Source of the DNA: an uncultured Anaerolineales bacterium
GTDB lineage: Bacteria > Planctomycetota > Phycisphaerae > FEN-1346
DNA: 54,123 nt
Direction: 5' to 3'
Assembly: GCA_964353455.1 (NCBI GenBank)
Contig: CAYGWP010000534.1
Span: forward strand, 1 to 54,123
The translations under genes and the position numbers were made by a program. Positions 18,996-28,367 of this stretch are shown here, piece by piece (the stretch's first letter is position 1; each line of letters starts with the position of its first letter). The notes under the pieces are model-generated. The model saw only the letters and a program-made list of their open reading frames with translations. It was not told where the DNA came from and searched no databases.

Positions 18996-19445
18996 ATGGA
19001 GCCCGCTTGCCGCAGCCGGCAGTGCGATACAACAGGGGTCAGGATCGTGCGGGATCTAACGACCAGGGTCGTTCACGGCCTTCTGCTGCTGGCGACCCTG
19101 ACCGCCAGCGTTGGCATCCATGTCATCCATCCGGCCTTCCATGGCGATTCGTCACACGACGGATGCCAATCCGAGGCAAACCCCGCATGCTCGGGCAGTT
19201 GCACGGACGGACCGGCAAGACCGGCCCGTGTGGCCCGTGATGCGGACCGGACGTGGTGCGGCGAATGCCCCGTCTGCGTCTTCCTGAAGTCCTTTCACTC
19301 TCGTGACGTAGGGGCACGGCCGGTTTCGGTCCCTCTCGGCACCACGATAGAGGCAACGCCCCGGGCTGACGCCCCCACTCCTCAGTCGCCCTGCTGGTAC
19401 GTCGCCAGCGCTCGGGCTCCTCCCTCGGTCCTTCCTTCGTCGTAA
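18996..19445 (+). CDS. hypothetical Cys/His-rich membrane-anchored protein
   Basis: One TM segment (VVHGLLLLATLTASVGIHVI) followed by HPAFHGDSSHDGC...CSGSC...WCGECPVC. The start is uncertain. Confidence 0.4.
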   Translation: MEPACRSRQCDTTGVRIVRDLTTRVVHGLLLLATLTASVGIHVIHPAFHGDSSHDGCQSEANPACSGSCTDGPARPARVARDADRTWCGECPVCVFLKSFHSRDVGARPVSVPLGTTIEATPRADAPTPQSPCWYVASARAPPSVLPSS

Positions 19446-19554
19446 CTTCCTCGAGAGATCGTTTGCGTCAGGCTTTGGCTCGCCGGCGCTAGAGGCGCTC
19501 CGCCGCGGCGGCGTGCCCCGTTTCGTGCAAGCCCTCTTACGGAAAGGACCAACC

Positions 19555-20910
19555 ATGATGAACCGATACGCGCTGTTGGCTTTCTTGCTGGCGGGCGTGA
19601 TGGCCCCGTCCGGTCTGCACGCCGAGCAATCTGCGCCCCCCGCCTCGCAGGACGACCTTGCGGCAATGCGGGCCGAGATTACCGCCCTTCGCAAACAGAT
19701 GGAGGAGCAGCAGAAGCGGTACGAATCGCAGGTTTCCGAACTGCGACAGAAGGTGGACGACCTCTCGCGGGCGGCTGCCAAGGCTGCGCCCTCGCCGGAA
19801 GAAGAACTGGCCGCCGCCGTTGAAAAGGCCAGGGGCGACGTGCCCAAGACCGAGCCGGGCCTGCTGCCGATGTTCTTCAACCGGGGCGCCGGCCAGAGTT
19901 CCATCCCCGACATCAGCGTCATCGGCGACACGCTCGGCCACTACGTTGCCAATCACCATGGCGCGCCTAACCCAGCCCAGCAGGAGGGCGGCAAGCGGCC
20001 CTTCCAGTTCCGCGAGTTGGAACTGGCCTTCTCGGCGCCGGTCGATCCCAATTCCAAGGCCGACCTGATCCTGACCGGCGGCGAGGACGAATTCGGCCAG
20101 TGGAGCATGGAACTGGAGGAGGGCTACCTGACCCTCACGACGCTGCCCTACGATCTCCAGGCCCGTTTCGGCAAGTTCCGGACGGTCTTCGGCAAGGCCA
20201 ATATGCTCCACACCCACGCGCGGCCCTGGGTGGACGCGCCGAGCATGATCACCAACTACTTCGGCGGCGAAGGGATGAGTGAGAGCGGCGCAGAGGTCTC
20301 CTGGCTCATACCCAACCGCTGGAAGAAGTACATCGAATGGACCGCCGCATTCCAGAATAACGGGAACCCGGAGAGTTTCGCCGGCGACCGACAGGACGAC
20401 GTGATGTTCACGAACCACCTGAAGTACTTCGACAACCTGACGCAGGCGACGACCGCCGAACTGGGCGGCAGCGTGGCAACGGGCGCCAACGGCGATGGCC
20501 GCGGCGGGCGGACGACGCTCGAAGGCATCGATTTCACGGTCAAGTGGAAGCCGCAGCGCGAAGGGCTATACAAGGGCCTGACGTGGATGTCGGAGGCGCT
20601 CCTCAGCCAGAAGGACCAGCCCGACGGCACGACCGTGTGTTCATGGGGGGCCTATTCGTCACTCGAATACCAGTTCGCGCGGCAATGGCGGGCATTCGCG
20701 CGGCTTGACTTCTCCGAGTTTCCCGACGATTCCCAATCCAGGCAGATCGCCGGCGCGACCGGGCTGACCTTCATGCAGAGCGAGTTCTGCTACTGGCGGT
20801 TCGAGTACAAGCACACAAGCGCCCAGGGCCCCCTGGCCGGTCAGGACCGCGACGAACTCTGGCTCCAACTCGACTTCGGTATCGGCCCGCACCAAGCCCA
20901 CAAGTACTAA
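19555..20910 (+). CDS. putative outer-membrane porin-like protein with an N-terminal coiled coil
   Basis: Signal peptide MMNRYALLAFLLAGVMAPSGLHA, a coiled-coil segment, and alternating beta-strand-like sequence to the C-terminus. Confidence 0.55.
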   Translation: MMNRYALLAFLLAGVMAPSGLHAEQSAPPASQDDLAAMRAEITALRKQMEEQQKRYESQVSELRQKVDDLSRAAAKAAPSPEEELAAAVEKARGDVPKTEPGLLPMFFNRGAGQSSIPDISVIGDTLGHYVANHHGAPNPAQQEGGKRPFQFRELELAFSAPVDPNSKADLILTGGEDEFGQWSMELEEGYLTLTTLPYDLQARFGKFRTVFGKANMLHTHARPWVDAPSMITNYFGGEGMSESGAEVSWLIPNRWKKYIEWTAAFQNNGNPESFAGDRQDDVMFTNHLKYFDNLTQATTAELGGSVATGANGDGRGGRTTLEGIDFTVKWKPQREGLYKGLTWMSEALLSQKDQPDGTTVCSWGAYSSLEYQFARQWRAFARLDFSEFPDDSQSRQIAGATGLTFMQSEFCYWRFEYKHTSAQGPLAGQDRDELWLQLDFGIGPHQAHKY

Positions 20911-20920
20911 GGAGCGTATC

Positions 20921-21982
20921 ATGAAGAGCATGAGTATGGCTGTTCTTACAGCGATGGTCGTCTTCGCCGCCGTCGGATATCTGTTGTCCCCGGCCGTTGC
21001 GGCGGACCCCCTGAACATTGTCACCACTACGCCCAACCTGAAGTTCATCGCCGAGGCCGTCGGCGGCAACCGCGTGAAAGTCACGAGCATCGCCACCGGC
21101 ACGGAGGACCCCCACTTCGTCTCCGCGAAGCCCAGTTTCATGATGACGGCCCGCGAGGCGGACCTCTGGATCGCCATCGGCATGGAACTGGAGATCGGCT
21201 GGGAGGGGCTGATCCTGGAAGGCTCCCGCAACCCGAAGATCCGCAAGGACACCAGGGGGTACCTTGACGCCTCACAGGGCGTGCTGCGCCTGGAGGTGCC
21301 CACCGAGAAGGTCACGCGGACAATGGGCGACGTGCATCCCCTCGGCAACCCGCATTACTGGCTCGACCCGCTGAACGTCCGCATCGTGGCCAAGGCCGTG
21401 GCGGACCGGCTGGCTGAACTCGACCCCGCCGGCGCCGAGGACTTCAAGCGGAACCTCAAGGCGTTTCAGCGGACTTTAGACGAGCACATGTTCGGCAAGG
21501 AACTGGTGGCCGAAGTCGGCGGCGACAAACTCTGGCTCCTGGAACTCAAGGGCGGACTCCAGGGTTTCCTCCAGGAGCAGCATCTCGCCGCGAAGTTGGG
21601 CGGCTGGGCGGCCAGGATGCTTCCCTTCCGCGGCGCGGAAATCCTGACCTACCATCGCAGTTGGATTTACTTCACCAACCGGTTCGGCCTTGTCGTGGCG
21701 GATGAGTTGGAGCCGAAGCCGGGGATTCCGCCGAGCCCCGGCCACGTCCTGAAGGTCATCGAGGAGGTCAAGAGCCGCCATATCCGGGCCATGCTGATGG
21801 AGCCCTTCTACGAGCGCAAGGCCCCGGACCTGATCGCCGAGAAGACCGGCCTGAAGGTCCTCGTGTGCACCAATGCGGTCGGGGGCGACGAGGCGGCCAA
21901 GGATTACTTCTCGATGATCGGCAACGTTGTGGACAGCCTGGCGGCCGCCCTGAAACCGGCGTCCGAACCGGAAAGGAGATAG
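20921..21982 (+). CDS. ZnuA/TroA-family metal ABC substrate-binding protein
   Basis: GTEDPHF...GDVHPLGNPHYWLDP...YHRSWIYF, typical cluster-9 metal-binding-protein motifs. Confidence 0.85.
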   Translation: MKSMSMAVLTAMVVFAAVGYLLSPAVAADPLNIVTTTPNLKFIAEAVGGNRVKVTSIATGTEDPHFVSAKPSFMMTAREADLWIAIGMELEIGWEGLILEGSRNPKIRKDTRGYLDASQGVLRLEVPTEKVTRTMGDVHPLGNPHYWLDPLNVRIVAKAVADRLAELDPAGAEDFKRNLKAFQRTLDEHMFGKELVAEVGGDKLWLLELKGGLQGFLQEQHLAAKLGGWAARMLPFRGAEILTYHRSWIYFTNRFGLVVADELEPKPGIPPSPGHVLKVIEEVKSRHIRAMLMEPFYERKAPDLIAEKTGLKVLVCTNAVGGDEAAKDYFSMIGNVVDSLAAALKPASEPERR

Positions 21983-21985
21983 GCC

Positions 21986-22978
21986 ATGAGCGACTTCATT
22001 GACCTCCTTGCGGCCCCGTTCGTGGGGTGCCTCCTGATTGCCGCACTCCACTGCTACATGGGCCTGCACGTTGTCCGGCGCGGCATAATCTTCGTGGACC
22101 TCGCGCTGGCCCAGTTGGCCGCGCTGGGGGCCACGGTGGCGCTCCTCGTGGTGCCCCTGGTGTTCGGAGAAACGCTTCACGAGCACCACGGGGGGCAGGC
22201 CGGGCACAGTTATCACCAGCCGGCCGACCCCGGTTCGGCCATGGAGGGCATGGCCCAGGTCGGCGGTGCAGGAACCGCCGCTGCTGCGGACGAGCACGCG
22301 GAGGAGGAGGAACACGCCGGCGGCCTGAGGGCGTGGCTGATGGAGGAGACGCCATACATCCTCTCGCTCCTCTTTGCATTCGCCGGCGCGGGGATCTTCG
22401 CCCTCGGCCGTTTCCGCGACGAGCGGGTGCCACACGAGGCCATTATCGGGATCGTCTTCGTCGTCTCGGCGGCGCTGGCGGTTCTCGTCCTCAGCAAGGC
22501 CCCGCACGGCCACGAGCGGATGGAGTCCATGCTGGTGGGTAACATCCTGTTCGTCGGATGGCACGATGCATGGATGATGCTCCTTCTGTATCTGCCGCTG
22601 GGCGTGCTGCACTTCGCGGTCCGCCGGCGGCTCCTGGCCATCTCCGACAACATCCGTGCGGCAGAGTCGGCGGGCGTGCCGGTCCGCGCGTGGGATTTCC
22701 TCTTCTACGCCACCTTCGGCCTGATGGTCACGCAGTCTGTCGGTATGGCCGGCGTGCTCGTGGTCTTCAGTTACCTCATCATTCCGGCGGTGTGCGCGGG
22801 CATGCTGGTCAGAGGCTTCGGCCGGCGCCTGCTGGTCGCGTGGGGAATCGCCGTGGTCGCCAGCGTGGTCGGACTCGCCCTTTCGGCGGTGAAGGACCTG
22901 CCTACCGGGCCGTCGCTGGTGGCCACGTTCGGAGCGGTCCTGGTTCTATGCGCGCTGGTTCGGCCGAAGGGAGTGTAA
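21986..22978 (+). CDS. ZnuB-type (ABC-3) metal permease with a His/Glu-rich loop
   Basis: ABC-3 family membrane pattern. An inserted loop reads ETLHEHHGGQAGHSYHQ...DEHAEEEEHAGG (approximately 22148-22361). Confidence 0.85.
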   Translation: MSDFIDLLAAPFVGCLLIAALHCYMGLHVVRRGIIFVDLALAQLAALGATVALLVVPLVFGETLHEHHGGQAGHSYHQPADPGSAMEGMAQVGGAGTAAAADEHAEEEEHAGGLRAWLMEETPYILSLLFAFAGAGIFALGRFRDERVPHEAIIGIVFVVSAALAVLVLSKAPHGHERMESMLVGNILFVGWHDAWMMLLLYLPLGVLHFAVRRRLLAISDNIRAAESAGVPVRAWDFLFYATFGLMVTQSVGMAGVLVVFSYLIIPAVCAGMLVRGFGRRLLVAWGIAVVASVVGLALSAVKDLPTGPSLVATFGAVLVLCALVRPKGV

Positions 22979-23030
22979 CGAATCGTGGCTGATGTGTAAA
23001 ATGGAGGGCGGGTCAGGAGGTGGCAGCAGC

Positions 23031-23285
23031 ATGAGTCAGGCACGGGACCTGGTGAGCATGCGATCTGGGCAGAAGGGCGTCGTGGCAAGCGTCCACGGAG
23101 GTCTCGGGGTCACCAAGAGACTTGACGCCATGGGGATCAGGCCCGGTGTCAACCTGGTGAAAGTGGCGGGGCAACTGTTCGGCGGCCCGGTCGTGGTCCA
23201 GGTTGGGAATGCCCAGATGGCCGTAGGCTTCGGCATGGCGAAGAAGATCATTGTGGAGACCGAAACGCAGCAGGAGAGGTCATGA
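23031..23285 (+). CDS. feoA: FeoA
   Basis: 84 aa: LVSMRSGQKGVVASVHGG...RLDAMGIRPG. Its end overlaps the feoB start. Confidence 0.8.
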   Translation: MSQARDLVSMRSGQKGVVASVHGGLGVTKRLDAMGIRPGVNLVKVAGQLFGGPVVVQVGNAQMAVGFGMAKKIIVETETQQERS

Positions 23286-25009
23286 AGATAGCCCTGGTGG
23301 GCAACCCCAACGTCGGCAAGAGCGCTATTTTCAACAGGCTTACGGGGGCCAGCGTGATTGTCTCCAACTACCCCGGCACCACGGTGGAATTCACGCGCGG
23401 CACGATGCGCGTTGGGGGTCAGTACGCCGACGTGGTGGACCTCCCGGGGACTTACTCGCTGGAACCCACCTGCAAGGCGGAGGAGGTGACGGCGCAGGCA
23501 CTGGATGAGTTGGCGCCGGGCGATGTCATCCTGAACGTCGTGGACTCGACCAATCTGGAGCGAAGCCTGGGATTGACCCTCCAACTTATCAAGCTGCGAA
23601 AGCCCATGGTGGCGGCACTCAACTTCTGGGATGAAGCCAAACACACCGGTGTTCAGATCGACGTGCCGGCGCTGGAGAAAGAACTCGGGGTTGCTTGTGT
23701 CCCGGTCGTGGCCATAACCGGCGAAGGAACAAAGACCCTGGTGGAAAGGACCCTCCAGGCCACCGCGTCGCCGTGCGATTTCGACGACTCCCGGCGATGG
23801 TGCGAAGTCGGAAGGATCCTGGGCACCGCGCAGAAACTGGCCCACCGCCACCACACTTTCCTGGAGCGGCTGGGGGACGCTTCCTTGAAACCGCTTGCGG
23901 GCTCCGCCATCGCCGTAGCGGTGCTCGGACTATCGCTGGGAGCTATCCGGCTGGTGGGGGAGGGTTTGATCGCCTATGTCTTCGCGCCGTTCTTTGAGAA
24001 TGTGTGGAGCCCTCTGGCGCTAGAACTCTCGGCGCTGCTGGGAGGCAAGGGATGGCTGCACGACCTGCTTATCGGGAAGCTGGCGGACGGCACTGTTGAC
24101 TACGGCGCATCTTTCGGCTTGCTGACCACGGGGCTCTACGTGCCCTTTGCGGCTGTCCTCCCCTACGTGTTCGCGTTCTACCTGGTATTGTCGGTCCTCG
24201 AGGACTCCGGATACCTTCCGAGGCTGGCGGTGCTTACCGACCGCATCATGCACAAGGTAGGGCTGCACGGGATGGGGATGATCCCGATGTTGCTGGGGCT
24301 GGGATGCAACGTGCCCGGGGTACTGTCGAGCCGAATCATGGAAAGCGCCAGGGAGCGTTTCATTTGCACAACACTGTTGGCCATAGCTGTGCCCTGTGCC
24401 GCCAAGGCGGCCATGATAATCGGTTTGGCCGGCCGATACGGCCCGCAGGCCCTTGCCCTCATCTTCGGAACTCTTCTCTTAGTGTGGTTTGTTCTCGGGG
24501 TCATTCTGAACGGCCTGCTGAAAGGGGAAAGCCCCGAGATACTCGTCGACATACCGCCATACCGGGTTCCTTACTTCAAGGGCCTGCTGAAGAAAGTGTG
24601 GATGAGGCTTGTGGCGTTCATCTTTGAGGCCGTGCCCTTCGTACTGGTGGGAGTACTCTTGGCCAACTTGCTTTACGCGCTCGGGGTGATTGATCTTGTC
24701 GGCAGGCTGACCGAACCGGTGGTAACAGGGCTCATGGGTCTGCCGCGGGAATCCGTCGGCGGGCTCGTCGTCGGATTCCTCCGAAAAGATGTGGCTATAG
24801 GCATGCTTGCCCCACTGGACTTGTCGTTCAGGCAGACCGTCGTGGCCTGCGTGGTATTGTCCATCTGGTTCCCCTGCGTCGCCACATTCGCCGTGATGCT
24901 ACGGGAATTGGGAGCCCTCAAGATGCTCAAGGCCAGTGCAATCATGGCGCTGACGGCGCTGACGGTAGGCACACTCATGAACCTCGTGCTCAGGGTTGCG
25001 GTGGGTTAG
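23282..25009 (+). CDS. feoB: ferrous iron transporter FeoB
   Basis: MKIALVGNPNVGKSAIFNRLTG G-domain followed by a polytopic membrane domain. Confidence 0.95.
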   Translation: MKIALVGNPNVGKSAIFNRLTGASVIVSNYPGTTVEFTRGTMRVGGQYADVVDLPGTYSLEPTCKAEEVTAQALDELAPGDVILNVVDSTNLERSLGLTLQLIKLRKPMVAALNFWDEAKHTGVQIDVPALEKELGVACVPVVAITGEGTKTLVERTLQATASPCDFDDSRRWCEVGRILGTAQKLAHRHHTFLERLGDASLKPLAGSAIAVAVLGLSLGAIRLVGEGLIAYVFAPFFENVWSPLALELSALLGGKGWLHDLLIGKLADGTVDYGASFGLLTTGLYVPFAAVLPYVFAFYLVLSVLEDSGYLPRLAVLTDRIMHKVGLHGMGMIPMLLGLGCNVPGVLSSRIMESARERFICTTLLAIAVPCAAKAAMIIGLAGRYGPQALALIFGTLLLVWFVLGVILNGLLKGESPEILVDIPPYRVPYFKGLLKKVWMRLVAFIFEAVPFVLVGVLLANLLYALGVIDLVGRLTEPVVTGLMGLPRESVGGLVVGFLRKDVAIGMLAPLDLSFRQTVVACVVLSIWFPCVATFAVMLRELGALKMLKASAIMALTALTVGTLMNLVLRVAVG

Positions 25010-25116
25010 CAGCACGGTAGGGATTCGCCCCCGGCTACGCCGGTTCCAGGGAGGCTGGGGGAATGTACAGCGGCGACAGGAGAACCAGTTGCGGCCTGAA
25101 GACCACAGTCGAACCG

Positions 25117-25215
25117 GGATCATCCTGGACTCAATGGCCGATGGCGTCTTTACGGTGGGCGCAGGTTGGCGCATTACGTGGTTTAACCGGGCCGCAACGG
25201 CCCGCTTCCGGCACA
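25117..25215 (+). pseudogene. remnant of a PAS sensor N-terminus, paralogous to the activator at 30130
   Basis: ILDSMADGVFTVGAGWRITWFNRAA...GRRC aligns with ILESISDGVFTVDHEWRITSFNRAA...GRRC of the 30130 protein, but breaks off after about 45 aa. Confidence 0.45.
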
Positions 25216-25259
25216 AGGGCCGCCGCTGCCGCTGCTGGAAGATTGACAAGCCGGCGCTA

Positions 25260-25928
25260 ATGCGGACAATGCTCGACACCATGACAACGAGTTATTTCGA
25301 CGAAGCGGCAGCAGGCTGGGATAAGGAACCCAAGCGGGTTCGGTTGATGAGGGCCGTGGGCGAGGCCATCGTCCGCGAAGTCGCGCCGACCCACGATATG
25401 ACTGTGCTGGATTACGGGTGTGGGACCGGTCTTCTGGGGCTCTATCTTCTCCCCTATGTCCGCAGCGTCACCGGGGCCGACAACTCGCCGGGCATGCTCC
25501 AGGTCCTGAACCAGAAGATTGCCGAGGGCGGCCTCAGGGACATGAAGACCGTCCGGCTGGACCTGGCCCAGGATGCGGTGCCGGATGCACGCTATCACAT
25601 GATCGTCACGAGCATGGTCCTGCACCACATCGCCGACCCGGAGAAGACGCTCCGGGCCTTCTACACGATGCTCCTGCCCGGCGGCGTCCTCTGCCTGGCC
25701 GACCTCGACTCCGAGCCGGGAACGTTTCACACCGCCGAGGCTGCCGGCAGCGTGCACCATCACGGGTTCGACCGCGAGGAGTTGAAGAAGCGGCTGGCGC
25801 AGATCGGCTTCTCAGAGGTGAAGGCTGTGACCGCCGTCGAGTTCTCCAAGCCGGTTGAGGCCGGTGGGGAAGAACAGTTCTCGATCTTTCTAGTCACCGC
25901 CAAACGCTCTCGCGGTGAGGCTTGCTAG
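25260..25928 (+). CDS. class I SAM-dependent methyltransferase
   Basis: VLDYGCGTGLL motif I and LLPGGVLCLADL. The start could be 25260, 25269 or 25281. Confidence 0.8.
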   Translation: MRTMLDTMTTSYFDEAAAGWDKEPKRVRLMRAVGEAIVREVAPTHDMTVLDYGCGTGLLGLYLLPYVRSVTGADNSPGMLQVLNQKIAEGGLRDMKTVRLDLAQDAVPDARYHMIVTSMVLHHIADPEKTLRAFYTMLLPGGVLCLADLDSEPGTFHTAEAAGSVHHHGFDREELKKRLAQIGFSEVKAVTAVEFSKPVEAGGEEQFSIFLVTAKRSRGEAC

Positions 25929-25990
25929 GGGGACAAGGCGCACCGTAGGAGAAGGCGGACGGTTTTCCGGCAGGTACAGGAGGCCGACTC

Positions 25991-26437
25991 ATGCCCACCA
26001 TCGTTTACTGTCACATGATCTGGATGCTTGCGGCGGTCGCCGTTGGCACGTGGTCGGGGTATCTGGGGCTTCTGCGGGCGCTTCAGGGCCGTGACGGCAG
26101 AACGCGGCTCCCGGGGCGTTTCAACCTGCGCGTGCATAAATGGACCGGCATCGTCTACTACGCGATGCTCTACGTGGGTATCCTGGGCGGGCTCCTCATG
26201 GCCGAATTCCTCCTCGACGGCTTTTCCACGGAGGGCATCTGGCGGGTTCACGCGTGGCTGGGTGTGGCGGTCGGCGCCGTATATGCCCCCGGCATGTGGC
26301 TGGGGCTCCAGTTGCTCTGGAAGCCAGGAGGGAGCCGCACGCGAGCCATCGCCCACATGGTACTGAACTATACCGCCTGCACGCTCATCGGCGTGCAAAT
26401 CCTGGTGGCGCTGCTGGCGGTCAAGGGGCTGATCTAA
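25991..26437 (+). CDS. hypothetical 4-TM membrane protein
   Basis: 148 aa with four hydrophobic segments and conserved His residues. No confident family. Confidence 0.55.
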   Translation: MPTIVYCHMIWMLAAVAVGTWSGYLGLLRALQGRDGRTRLPGRFNLRVHKWTGIVYYAMLYVGILGGLLMAEFLLDGFSTEGIWRVHAWLGVAVGAVYAPGMWLGLQLLWKPGGSRTRAIAHMVLNYTACTLIGVQILVALLAVKGLI

Positions 26438-26615
26438 GTGACCGTGTGTGAGTAGTAGCCTTGACCAAGAACAGCATTTGGCCGGGTCGTCACTCTTCGC
26501 GGGCCAAGGTAGGACGCTTTTTCGCGAGAAGATTGCACTTGCTGGTTCCCTGAGTGCGGACGTCACGGCCCATAGCAATGCTTTGTTACTTTGCTCGACC
26601 ACGTGCTCCACCCCG

Positions 26616-27467
26616 TCATTCGAACTGCCGGGCATACTCGGCATTTCGGTAGAGTGCCTCACCATACCGGTCTTTGCCGTAGTCTCGAATGATCATCTGG
26701 GCTTTCTCAGAGGCAAGGAAGTCCACGAATTTCGCCGCGAGGGCCGCGCCGGGAGTTGCCCCCTCCGGCTGACAGAGGGCATGGTAAACGTTCAAGACGA
26801 AGGGATCGCCCCGGAAAAGGAGCCTGAGGTTCGGCGTGCGGCTTCTGGCGACGACCCAGGTGCTGCTGTCGGTCATGAAGTAGCCGTTCTCGGCGTTTGC
26901 GCGCAGAAGCGTGGCCATCATGAAATCGTGCGTGCGGACATACCAGTCTCCCCCCGGCACGAGGCCCGCCTTCTGCCAGATAGCCATCTCCTTCTTGTGC
27001 GTGCCCGAGTCGTCCGCCCGTGAGAAGAACTTCGCGCGGGACCTAGCGACTCGCTGGTACGCCTCGACGACACTCTTGGCGGTCCGTACCCCGGCCGGAT
27101 CATCCGCCGGCCCGACGATGAAGAACTCGTTCGATCCGACCAGCGTCCGGCGCCTCGCCCATCCCTCATCCACCGCCTTCTTCTCGGCTGAAGCCGCATG
27201 CACCATGACGACATCGGCCTGCTTGTCGTGCAGGAGTTGGAGCGATTCCCCCGAGCCCGCCTCTCGCCAAAGGACCCTCACGTCGTTTTCGCGCGAGAAC
27301 GCCTCGCAAAGGACTTTCAGCAGGCCCAGTTCGCCGGGGCTCCCTGTCGCCACGACGAGTTGCTTTGAGCCGTTGCCGTAGATGGCAGCAGGTTCGTGTT
27401 GAGGCAAGCGCGTACACGAACTTGCCGCAAGCCCGGCCAGGATAATGACCACCACGCTGTTCCTCAC
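26616..27467 (-). CDS. TupA-like (tungstate/oxyanion-type) periplasmic binding lipoprotein
   Basis: Lipobox LAASSC, and motifs ATGSPGE, GSGESL and ADDSGTHKKE that resemble TupA family motifs. Confidence 0.7.
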   Translation of the reverse strand: MRNSVVVIILAGLAASSCTRLPQHEPAAIYGNGSKQLVVATGSPGELGLLKVLCEAFSRENDVRVLWREAGSGESLQLLHDKQADVVMVHAASAEKKAVDEGWARRRTLVGSNEFFIVGPADDPAGVRTAKSVVEAYQRVARSRAKFFSRADDSGTHKKEMAIWQKAGLVPGGDWYVRTHDFMMATLLRANAENGYFMTDSSTWVVARSRTPNLRLLFRGDPFVLNVYHALCQPEGATPGAALAAKFVDFLASEKAQMIIRDYGKDRYGEALYRNAEYARQFE

Positions 27468-27515
27468 GGACCTTGCTCCATTGCCTGAGATTCCCAGATG
27501 AACTCCCGCCCACGA

Positions 27516-28367
27516 TCATTGTGAGCCGACTTGCACTCGCATGAACAACGGCTGGTCGTCAAGTTGACCCTTGCCATACTGCGCTATCCATTCCTGGGTC
27601 TCTTCTTGCCTCATGAACTCCGCCAGTTGCCTTGCTGCCGCCACATGGGCGGAGGGGAATCGCCCCGCGCTGGCGACGGCAACCACGTATGGCCGCCTGA
27701 TCTGCGGGTCGCCGCGGACCATCAAGACCAGGCCGTTGTTGGGCAGTTTGCCGTTGAGGAATGGAATCCGGCCCACGAGGGTGTACGCCTTTTTCTCGGA
27801 CGCAATCTTGAGCACCTCGCGGGCCTTGTCGGTGAAGAGGAGGGTTGTCTTCTGGGGGTCGAGCGACACGCCCGCGGAGTCCAGCACGTCCCGAAGAACG
27901 TCCTGGGCGCCGAGGCTGGCATGCACGACAAACGCACTACCGCTGGCGTTGATCTTGCGAAGTGCTTCCGCGGCATCGGTCATACCGCGGATGCCGGCGG
28001 GGTCCTCGGGCGGTCCGACGATCACGAGGTCGTTCTTCAGCCACGGTTGCGGGTCCGTGGCGTAGCCGTCCGCGACGAGATTGATAATCGTATCGCTGGC
28101 ATGCATGGTGATCAGGTCGGCCTCGCCCCGGCGGAACGCCTCGGCGATGACTCGCTTGGGGCCGCTGACAACCACCTCCACCCGGTGACCGGTGGTTTTT
28201 TCGAACCGCGCGGCCAAGGCCTCCCAGAAGCCGGTCTCCACCATGCCGCCGATAACGGCTACACGCACGCTCTCCGGCTGTGCGCGTCCGGGTTGCGTCT
28301 GGCCAGCGCAACCGGCCACCAGTGCCACAGCCCCTCCCAGCAGTGCGAAGCAGAGAAGTCCTCTCAT
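27516..28367 (-). CDS. periplasmic substrate-binding lipoprotein, distant paralog of 26616-27467
   Basis: Lipobox LVAGC and the same fold-level pattern (VIGGMVETG...VGPPEDPAGIRG). ATGA overlap with the upstream PEP-CTERM gene. Confidence 0.65.
   Translation of the reverse strand: MRGLLCFALLGGAVALVAGCAGQTQPGRAQPESVRVAVIGGMVETGFWEALAARFEKTTGHRVEVVVSGPKRVIAEAFRRGEADLITMHASDTIINLVADGYATDPQPWLKNDLVIVGPPEDPAGIRGMTDAAEALRKINASGSAFVVHASLGAQDVLRDVLDSAGVSLDPQKTTLLFTDKAREVLKIASEKKAYTLVGRIPFLNGKLPNNGLVLMVRGDPQIRRPYVVAVASAGRFPSAHVAAARQLAEFMRQEETQEWIAQYGKGQLDDQPLFMRVQVGSQ

Noticed and set aside
24761-24776. Third copy of the TCGGATTCCGA palindrome (TCGGATTCCTCCGA) inside feoB
   Set aside because: It is imperfect, with 3 inserted bases breaking the palindrome. 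It lies inside coding sequence and lacks the flanking repeat.
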